Shown piece by piece: positions 9,340-16,954 of a stretch of DNA of 33,308 bases. How positions within the stretch are numbered: the stretch's first letter is position 1; each line of letters starts with the position of its first letter. The stretch lies in sequence record SRR31156797_5759. The stretch is one strand, 5' to 3'. The notes beneath the pieces are model-generated. The model saw nothing but the letters and a program-made list of their open reading frames with translations. It searched no databases and was not told the DNA's origin. The translations under genes were made by a program, and so were the position numbers.

Positions 9340-10809
9340 ATGAGCAACGATTTTATGAGCATGAAGGAAAACGTTCCGAATCTAACGTTACCAGACACCA
9401 GCCCGGTACGTGATGTCTTAAAGACAATTGATAGAGGCGGTTTAGGGGTTGCGTTGCTTGAAGATGCTGACACATGTTCTTTTCGAGGGTTGGTAACCGA
9501 TGGTGATGTGAGACGAGCATTGCTTCAAGGGATCGATTTGAATTCTCCGGCATCAGCCGTATCACATCCTGAAACGGTGACTGCGGGTATTGATACCCCA
9601 ATTGATGAAATAGCAAAAAAATTCACGGAAAAAGTGCGTCTTATCCCGCTTTTGAACAAACAAAACAGGGTCGTGGATATTTCTGTTTTTGATTATAAAA
9701 TGCATATTCCAGTGGCATCCCCCCTATTCTCTGGGAATGAATTAAAATATGTGAGTGAATGTATACTGACCGGATGGGTTTCCTCAACTGGGAAATATGT
9801 CTCCGAATTTGAACATGTATTTGCCAAATTTTGTAATACAAACTTTGCTGTTGCAACAAGTAGCGGTACAACGGCATTGCATTTGGCATTATTGGCCATA
9901 GGAGTTGGCCCTGGTGATGAGGTCATTGTTCCTTCGTTCACGTTTATTTCCACTGCCAATGCTGTTAGATTTGCCGGGGCTACTCCAGTTTTTGTTGATT
10001 GCGAAAGTGCAACATGGAATATTGATCCCTTGGGATTTAAAGATGCCATTACCGAGAAAACAAAAGCAGTTATTCCAGTTCATCTATATGGCCATCCTTC
10101 AGACATGGACCCAGTAATCGAGATTGCCCAAGAGAATAATATTAAAATAATAGAGGATGCTGCTGAAGCCCATGGGGCGTTATATAAAGGTAGGAAAGTA
10201 GGATCCCTTGGTGATATAGGGATTTTCAGTTTTTATGGAAATAAAACCATAACCACTGGTGAAGGTGGAATGGTAGTAACGGATGATCAATACTTGGTTG
10301 AAAAAATACGTATTCTCAGAGACCATGGAATGGATCCCAACAAAAGATATGAACACTCCGTTTTAGGTTATAATTATAGAATGACCAATATCCAAGCCGC
10401 ATTGGGAGTGGCACAAATGGAGCAAATTGACCAAATAATAGATCAGAAAAGAAAGAATGCCTCACTCTATAAAAAAGGACTGGAAACAATACCAGGGATA
10501 ACGCTTCCTCCTGAAAAAAAATGGGCAAAAAATATTTTTTGGTTGTATTCAATTTTAGTTGATGAGAATGAATTTGGAATGTCGGCATCTGAACTTGGGA
10601 ATCAGTTGTTAAAGATGAATATCGACACAAGGCCTTTGTTCCCACCTATTCACCACCAACCTATTTATGATACCAAACAATCCCTACCCGTCTGTGAAAT
10701 GCTATCTTCCAGAGGGCTAAGCTTGCCTTCTTCGGTTCGTTTGGCCAAAAATGAAATAGAATCTGTTGTGGTAGCTATTAAGTCGATATGTAAAGCAGGA
10801 GAGAACTAA
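9340..10809 (+). CDS. CBS-domain pair fused to a DegT-family (perosamine-synthase-like) PLP aminotransferase
   Basis: N-terminal ~120 aa with GLVTDGDVRRALL and LIPLLN...VVDI (CBS). Then HIPVASP, GWVSS.G, SSGTTALHLAL, VHLYGHP, EDAAEAHG, FSFYGNKTITTGEGG, GYNYRMTN, LSLPS. Confidence 0.88.
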   Translation: MSNDFMSMKENVPNLTLPDTSPVRDVLKTIDRGGLGVALLEDADTCSFRGLVTDGDVRRALLQGIDLNSPASAVSHPETVTAGIDTPIDEIAKKFTEKVRLIPLLNKQNRVVDISVFDYKMHIPVASPLFSGNELKYVSECILTGWVSSTGKYVSEFEHVFAKFCNTNFAVATSSGTTALHLALLAIGVGPGDEVIVPSFTFISTANAVRFAGATPVFVDCESATWNIDPLGFKDAITEKTKAVIPVHLYGHPSDMDPVIEIAQENNIKIIEDAAEAHGALYKGRKVGSLGDIGIFSFYGNKTITTGEGGMVVTDDQYLVEKIRILRDHGMDPNKRYEHSVLGYNYRMTNIQAALGVAQMEQIDQIIDQKRKNASLYKKGLETIPGITLPPEKKWAKNIFWLYSILVDENEFGMSASELGNQLLKMNIDTRPLFPPIHHQPIYDTKQSLPVCEMLSSRGLSLPSSVRLAKNEIESVVVAIKSICKAGEN

Positions 10810-10842
10810 AAATGGACACCAGCTCATTTTTTTTAAAGTAAA

Positions 10843-12081
10843 ATGGAAGAATATCCTATCGTGAATAAAAGTTTTGTAGACATGAAGAAATTGCGTATTT
10901 CCAAAAATGCTATAAATGCCTTTTTTGTTATTTCAGGGTTACTACTTATCCACCAGTTTCTTTTCGAGGGTTGGCTTCCCGCAATTACCATCCTATTTTT
11001 TACTTTTATTGCATGCCTTTTATTGCAAAAATTTATTTTTGATAGAGATGTAATTCTGATTGTTTCTATGTTTAGCGTTTTTATATTATTTCTAATCATC
11101 CGAATTGAGCCTGTTTTTTATGATAACATCACTTATCTAAAATTGAAGCCAAAAGTAAATATAATAGTTTCTTCTCTATTATATTTTTCCACCTTTTTCT
11201 TTGCGTATATTTATGGGTATAAAAATAAGCATCTTTTTAAATTTTCAGGATACTTAAGCCTGTTTTACATGTGTGCATTCACAGTTCGAATTTTAAGTGA
11301 TTTCTTAACAATAAGGAATGGAAATAACTTATGGAGCGGTTTTCTTGTAATGATGACGACCCCCTTTATGTTGTTTGTTTTCAGAGAAAAACGTACTTAT
11401 GTACCATTCCTTTTTTTGTTTTTTATGGTTTTTACGTTTTCAATAAGTTCACGAGGAACTTTTCTAAGTTTAGCAGTGTTTTTTTTATCGTACTGCCTGT
11501 ATCCTTTTTTTGTAAAACATAAACGTCTGTATCAACTTATCTTCCCGTTTTTTATCCTATTTATTGGCGGTGGGATGTTGATTTATATTATTTCTTTTCA
11601 ATATCAATGGGGGCACACTCTCGATGAGTTAAGTCGTAGTGTTTTTGATAAATCGCTTTATTCTGGCCGCCATTATATGTGGAAGGAATTGTTAGAAATT
11701 ATAAACGAAAAACCCTTGGTGGGGCACGGTGCGTTCCAATTAAGTCAATATTTTGTCTCTCCTTCACATGATTGGAGAAACCTCAGCTCCCATAACTTGT
11801 ATTTAGAGATACTCGTGAGAGGCGGTGTTGTTGGTTTGTCTTTGTTATTAATCGTTTTTTACATGCTCTGGATAAAGCTTTATGATCATAATTGTTCTTT
11901 TTATGCCAGAGTAGGGGCCGCTTCATTGCTAGGCCATTTGTTCCATAATTTTTCAGTGCAATACTTATTAACTCAAAATATGGTCGGCAATACGCTAATT
12001 TGGTTTTTTTGGGGAGCATGTTGCGGGCATGTTAGTTCATATAAACTTCAGCAAAAAGTCAAAATGAGATCCTTCCTTTAA
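10843..12081 (+). CDS. O-antigen ligase/polymerase (Wzy_C/WaaL/O-OTase) family membrane protein
   Basis: About 10-12 hydrophobic segments; SSRGT; periplasmic-loop signature SGRHYMW.....I.EKPLVGHG...SHNLYLEILVRGGVVGL. Confidence 0.8.
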   Translation: MEEYPIVNKSFVDMKKLRISKNAINAFFVISGLLLIHQFLFEGWLPAITILFFTFIACLLLQKFIFDRDVILIVSMFSVFILFLIIRIEPVFYDNITYLKLKPKVNIIVSSLLYFSTFFFAYIYGYKNKHLFKFSGYLSLFYMCAFTVRILSDFLTIRNGNNLWSGFLVMMTTPFMLFVFREKRTYVPFLFLFFMVFTFSISSRGTFLSLAVFFLSYCLYPFFVKHKRLYQLIFPFFILFIGGGMLIYIISFQYQWGHTLDELSRSVFDKSLYSGRHYMWKELLEIINEKPLVGHGAFQLSQYFVSPSHDWRNLSSHNLYLEILVRGGVVGLSLLLIVFYMLWIKLYDHNCSFYARVGAASLLGHLFHNFSVQYLLTQNMVGNTLIWFFWGACCGHVSSYKLQQKVKMRSFL

Positions 12082-12230
12082 CGAGGGCATGGCGGGCTAA
12101 TACGAATGGTTCAATAGAGCCAAGAACAAAACGATCTGGGTTCCAGAATCTACAGACATAGATTTATAAATAAGTTTAATTTTGAGAGTGATAAGGTTAA
12201 TTTAAAGCCTTTTTCGTTTAAAGGATTGCT

Positions 12231-13379
12231 ATGAGTTCCTTTTCTGCGTTATCGAGTAAAGCTAAATTGCTGGTAATTGTTTTTTTCCTCGTGGTAGGTA
12301 TTTGTACCGTCGATATGTTTTACATTCTTTATAGATTTTACGATATAAATACAAATAAAGAACGAGTGCAGTTTTTTAATGAGTTAACTCATCATGAGTA
12401 TATCCCCGCTTCGTCATTTGTAAAGCAACCATCAAATGGTGATACTTACGAACCTGTACGCGTTGACATTAACAGTTTGGGGATAAGAGGGCCGGAACTC
12501 GGGGAAAAGAAAACATACCGGGTTTTAATGCTTGGAGATTCTTTTGTTCAGGCAGATGAAGTTCGATTTGAAGATACTTTCGGAGAACGGCTTAACAAGA
12601 AGTTCAAGGGGAAGATAGAATTTATTTCTCACGGCATTGGCAGTTGGTCTCCAACTACAGAATTGTCCTGGCTCTACCATAGGGGATTGCTTCTAAAACC
12701 TGATGAGGTTAATCTTTTCCTTTGTATCAATGATTTTGGAGGGGACACCAAATATAGGAACTTGGCGACATTCAATGGTGATGGGATTCCGGTTAGGTAT
12801 GACATAAGTAAAGAGGCAACTTCCATGAATCGGGTACTACGAGATAGCTCTATAATATACTCGGTTTTTACTTTTGCCAAATCCTTTTTTAAAAAGAAAC
12901 AAAAAGTGACAGGTGAAAGAAGAACTTTTTCTGATGATATTTTACTCTTTTGTACGAATGAGAAAGGAAAATGGCCTGATAATTATAGAGCATGGTATGG
13001 GAACACAATTAAATCACTTGTTGGTATGCACTCCCTTTTAAGCAAAAATCATATTGAATTGAATGTTTATTTAGTTCCCATGGGGTATTCTTGGACTGAT
13101 GAAATACTCCTAATCCGAAATCATCACGAAGAATATAAGAAGCTGAAAGATTGGGCTATATCCCAAAAGAAGCTTGAAGAAATATTGTATAACGACTTAA
13201 ACGAGTTAGGTATTAATTTCATAAAATTGGAATACCTTTTTGATAGCTTCAAAAAACGGTTCAAAAACCAGAAACTTTTTAATGGTTCTGATGGGCATTG
13301 GAATAAAAATGGGCATATGGTCCTTTCCCAGTTTTTTGAAGAATACTATAATACCAAGAATAGATTATCAGAAAGATAA
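12231..13379 (+). CDS. Membrane-anchored SGNH/GDSL-fold protein (AlgJ/AlgX/SxtL-like)
   Basis: N-terminal TM LLVIVFFLVVGIC, INSLGIRG, block I LGDSF, block II GIGSWS, block III CINDF, block V DGHWNKNGH. Confidence 0.82.
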   Translation: MSSFSALSSKAKLLVIVFFLVVGICTVDMFYILYRFYDINTNKERVQFFNELTHHEYIPASSFVKQPSNGDTYEPVRVDINSLGIRGPELGEKKTYRVLMLGDSFVQADEVRFEDTFGERLNKKFKGKIEFISHGIGSWSPTTELSWLYHRGLLLKPDEVNLFLCINDFGGDTKYRNLATFNGDGIPVRYDISKEATSMNRVLRDSSIIYSVFTFAKSFFKKKQKVTGERRTFSDDILLFCTNEKGKWPDNYRAWYGNTIKSLVGMHSLLSKNHIELNVYLVPMGYSWTDEILLIRNHHEEYKKLKDWAISQKKLEEILYNDLNELGINFIKLEYLFDSFKKRFKNQKLFNGSDGHWNKNGHMVLSQFFEEYYNTKNRLSER

Positions 13380-14426
13380 ATGATGAAATATATATTCTGT
13401 CAGTCGTATCTTCATCTTGCTGGAGGGCTTTCGATTATTGAAAAAAGTCTTCAGGAAAATAGAGAAGATTTTATAGTTGTTACCGCGAACAGGGATATTA
13501 TTACACTCATAACTCAACTATATGGGAGTAACAAAATCTATCAGATTCCTTCATACAGCATGTGTACGCCAATATCAAAAAGGTTTGCCTTATTTTTCCC
13601 TTTAATTTTATTCTGGAGGTTAAAATTTAAATTTTTGGCTCGCAGGATAACCGGAGACGAAATTTATTTTTTTATTGAAGGTGGGGCGTATATTATGCTG
13701 TCATTTATAAAAGAACTCAGCAAGAATAATTCGGTGGTGTATCATCGTTGCAATGAAGCCGTTTACACTCTAACTAAAGAAAATTTAAGGCAAAGGTTAA
13801 ACCGGTTCATTATTAAAAACTTTCATTCTGTAGATGTTGAATTTGTAGCATTAGGAAAATCTAGAGGTTTTCGGCCAACACGGAGATACTTTAAAGATAT
13901 ATCTGCTCATGAGAAAGAAATACCGGTGCAGTATCCTTTGATTTCTAATAGAATTTCACAATGCGGTATGGTAGGTGCAGATATATTACTATTGGGATCG
14001 AAAATGAGTATTGAAATTTTTTGTAAAATTGAAAAGAGTATTAAACTCTATAATTCCCTTTTAGTAAAATTTAATGAATACGATGTGAAGATAAAACATC
14101 ACCCAATGCATAACATGAGGTTGCCTATAGAAGAAAAGTATGAAGAAATACCGCCTTACTTTCCAGGGATGTTTATAATGGGATTATTCAGAATCGTTGT
14201 TGGCTATGCATCTGCTGCCCTATATGAAGCCGCAAATATTGGATGTGTTGCTATTTCTCTCTTGAACTACTTACCAGCGAATGATGAGAATGAAAAACAA
14301 GATAGAAGAATATATCTGGAGGCAAATCTTAATGAAGGGAAAATGATTTATTATCCGGAGAGTATGGGTGAAATATTGAAATTATGTAATACTCATCTGA
14401 TAGATAATTTTGAAACAAAAAACTGA
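13380..14426 (+). CDS. Hypothetical protein, possible nonulosonate (sialyl-type) glycosyltransferase
   Basis: N-terminal YIFCQSYLHL, central FFIEGG, C-terminal IKHHP and VVGYASAALY resemble the HP and S-S/T-A-L motifs of bacterial CMP-sialic acid transferases; nonulosonate genes are nearby. Confidence 0.45.
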   Translation: MMKYIFCQSYLHLAGGLSIIEKSLQENREDFIVVTANRDIITLITQLYGSNKIYQIPSYSMCTPISKRFALFFPLILFWRLKFKFLARRITGDEIYFFIEGGAYIMLSFIKELSKNNSVVYHRCNEAVYTLTKENLRQRLNRFIIKNFHSVDVEFVALGKSRGFRPTRRYFKDISAHEKEIPVQYPLISNRISQCGMVGADILLLGSKMSIEIFCKIEKSIKLYNSLLVKFNEYDVKIKHHPMHNMRLPIEEKYEEIPPYFPGMFIMGLFRIVVGYASAALYEAANIGCVAISLLNYLPANDENEKQDRRIYLEANLNEGKMIYYPESMGEILKLCNTHLIDNFETKN

Positions 14427-14636
14427 ACGAAAATAGCAATGAGCAAAGATGTAGCTTATACAATGCCAATCTCAACGATGTTGGAAAGGGCATTTGCTTT
14501 AACGGTATTGAAATTTATTCAATCTAACGAAGGCAATATTTAACACATGGATGGAAATCACTATCTTACCTATACACAAAGATATAATTAGAAAAATGTA
14601 GCTTAAAATGTCTTCAGTCTTTCGGGATTCATAATA

Positions 14637-15914
14637 TTGGCAAAAGTATTACTAATAAGTGCAAGTGATTTTAATGGAGCTGGAATTGCAACTTACCGAT
14701 TCCATAAGAATCTTCAGAATAGCGGATTCAATTCTAAAATGCTTGTAATCAATAAACAGCGCGATGATAAGAGTGTTGTAAAAATTGAAGTAAATGATCA
14801 ATTTTCCTGGTTCAGGCATAAATTCCGTCGCATCCAAGAAGAGTTAGGTTTCTTTTCAAAAAAGTATGTGTTCAGAAAAAATAAAAACCCATTTATTAAA
14901 GAATTATTTCAATTAGAAAAGTATATTGATGAAGTTCCTGATATTATAATTTTAAATTGGATATCTGGAGTGTTGAGTCTTGATTTGGTCTCAAAATTAC
15001 AGGAAAATTATAAATCTAAGATGTTTTGGTTTATACATGACATGGCACCATTAACAGGTGGTTGCCATTGTGCATGGGACTGTAATGGGTACAAATCCGA
15101 GTGTAAAAAATGCCCGGCAGTTATATGGTTTTATAGAAAATTGCCTAATAGTACGTTAAAAAAGAAAAAAGCATTGCTTGAAAAAAGTAGTTTCCAGCTA
15201 TTGACACCTTCCGAAAAGCTAAAAGAGTGTGTTAAAGAGTCTTCGTGTTTCAAAGGTAGACGGGTTGACACTCTTATTCATGGTATTAATAAAGATGTTT
15301 TTTGTCCTGTTAATGAAGATAAAATAAAAAACTTGCGAAAGAAATATGGTATTCCGTTAAATAAAAAAATCATCATGTTTAGCGCTGTTAATGTTTCTGG
15401 AAAGCACAAAGGGGGAGAGATCCTTAAAAAAGCTTTTGAATTAATCTCACGGAATTTTTTGGTTAATGCAAGAGATGTATGTCTAATGACCGTGGGAAAT
15501 AACTCTATGTTCGATAGTAGAACTGGAACGGTTTTTGGTTTCGATTATTATCATTTGGGTTTTTTCCACGTTGACCAAATGCACGAAACATATCAGATGA
15601 GTGACTTGTTTGTATGCCCAACCTTGCAAGATGTCGGCCCAATGGTGGTTAATGAAGCTCTTTTGTGTGGTATTCCTGTGGTCGGTTTTGACACGGGCGC
15701 AATATCAGAACTAATTGTTACAGGAGAAAATGGGGTTGTCGTTTCTGAAAAGAACGCCAAGGAACTCGCTGTCGGGGTAACAGACCTTTTGCTGTTGAGT
15801 GAAAATAAATTTGACATATACAAAAAAAAAGCAAGACAAGTAGGAGAAATAAAAGCTTCAAATGTTTCCCAAATGAAAACTTTTGCGGAAATAATTAATA
15901 AATGTGATCGTTAA
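14637..15914 (+). CDS. Glycosyltransferase family 4 (WcaC-like)
   Basis: GAGIA..RFH, HDM.PLTGGCH...C...C..CP, KGG, DLFVCPT.QD..P..VNEALLCGIPVVGF..G...ELI..GENG. TTG start. Confidence 0.88.
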   Translation: MAKVLLISASDFNGAGIATYRFHKNLQNSGFNSKMLVINKQRDDKSVVKIEVNDQFSWFRHKFRRIQEELGFFSKKYVFRKNKNPFIKELFQLEKYIDEVPDIIILNWISGVLSLDLVSKLQENYKSKMFWFIHDMAPLTGGCHCAWDCNGYKSECKKCPAVIWFYRKLPNSTLKKKKALLEKSSFQLLTPSEKLKECVKESSCFKGRRVDTLIHGINKDVFCPVNEDKIKNLRKKYGIPLNKKIIMFSAVNVSGKHKGGEILKKAFELISRNFLVNARDVCLMTVGNNSMFDSRTGTVFGFDYYHLGFFHVDQMHETYQMSDLFVCPTLQDVGPMVVNEALLCGIPVVGFDTGAISELIVTGENGVVVSEKNAKELAVGVTDLLLLSENKFDIYKKKARQVGEIKASNVSQMKTFAEIINKCDR

Positions 15915-15952
15915 AAACTTATCAATAATATAGAAATTAGGAAAAAGAGAAA

Positions 15953-16954
15953 ATGAGAACTTTTCTTAGCAGTATTTTAAATAGTCTTTTCAAAAACGAT
16001 TTTTTTCATAAAACATATCGTAGAATTGGAATCGTTTCTGGAACTTATGACGGTCATTTGCAGTGCTCTCAGGTATTTAAGGACTACCTGCTCAAAAACG
16101 ATATGGAAAAAATACTATCTAACTTAAAAAGAGGGCTAGACGAAGTATCCAAGGAATGTGTGGATACTGCCGTCCAAAGATTGATGCTATTTCCTCCTAA
16201 CAAGCTGAAAGGATCGCAATTATTCGAACGAGAAAAGTATCTTACTCAAGAAGAGAAGAATCTACAGGATATTCCTTCAATAGAATTGCGTAAAATAGAA
16301 GAGTTATGCGGTGTTACTATCCCATCACACAGCGTTGTCCTTTATTCTCATTTTGGCTTGAAATTTTTAAACGATGCGTCCATTGAGTATATGAGGGATA
16401 AGGACTTCATTGATGCCGGAGCATGGATTGGAGACTCTGCAATTATTTTTCAAAAACACTACAGCCCTCGAAAAGTATATTCGTTTGATATTTCAAAAGA
16501 TAATTTTCAAAAATATGAAAAGAATATGCATAGGAATAATATTCCCACCTCGAAATATGAGCAAATCCCAAAAGCATTAGGTGGTGAGGACAAAAAAATA
16601 CATATTTCTTTGGCCGATGATGAGACTCCTTCGCATATGTTGAACATATACTCAGAAGGAGACCTGGAATTGGAGCAAATAACTATTGATTCTTTTGTGG
16701 AAGATACTGAGTTGAATGTTGGCTTGATAAAAGCCGACATTGAAGGTGCTGAACTCGATATGATTAAAGGAGCAAAAAAGACTATCTGCAACCAGAAGCC
16801 GATTCTTGCAATTTCAATATACCATAAACCAGAGCATTACTTTGAATTAAAAAGCCTTTTAGATAGTTGGAAGATCGGGTACAGATTTATGATCCGACAG
16901 ACTCTCCCTCTAAATATTGATGAGACAATGCTGCTTGCATTCCCCGAGTTATAG
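15953..16954 (+). CDS. FkbM-family methyltransferase
   Basis: FIDAGAWIGDS, TIDSF, IKADIEGAELDMIKGA..TI...KP.LAISIYH. Confidence 0.88.
   Translation: MRTFLSSILNSLFKNDFFHKTYRRIGIVSGTYDGHLQCSQVFKDYLLKNDMEKILSNLKRGLDEVSKECVDTAVQRLMLFPPNKLKGSQLFEREKYLTQEEKNLQDIPSIELRKIEELCGVTIPSHSVVLYSHFGLKFLNDASIEYMRDKDFIDAGAWIGDSAIIFQKHYSPRKVYSFDISKDNFQKYEKNMHRNNIPTSKYEQIPKALGGEDKKIHISLADDETPSHMLNIYSEGDLELEQITIDSFVEDTELNVGLIKADIEGAELDMIKGAKKTICNQKPILAISIYHKPEHYFELKSLLDSWKIGYRFMIRQTLPLNIDETMLLAFPEL

Noticed and set aside
10808-10834. AAAATGGACAC match to the IS inverted-repeat core, and a weak hairpin followed by T8
   Set aside because: An 11-nt match with no other IS sequence nearby; the stem is almost all A-T, too weak to call an IS end or terminator.
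14427-14636. 210-bp gap with a 34-codon ORF (MSKDVAY...), a TATAAT at 14583 and a repeated ATGTAGCTTA
   Set aside because: No RBS or recognisable motif, no -35 at proper spacing, and a 10-nt repeat is unremarkable in AT-rich DNA.
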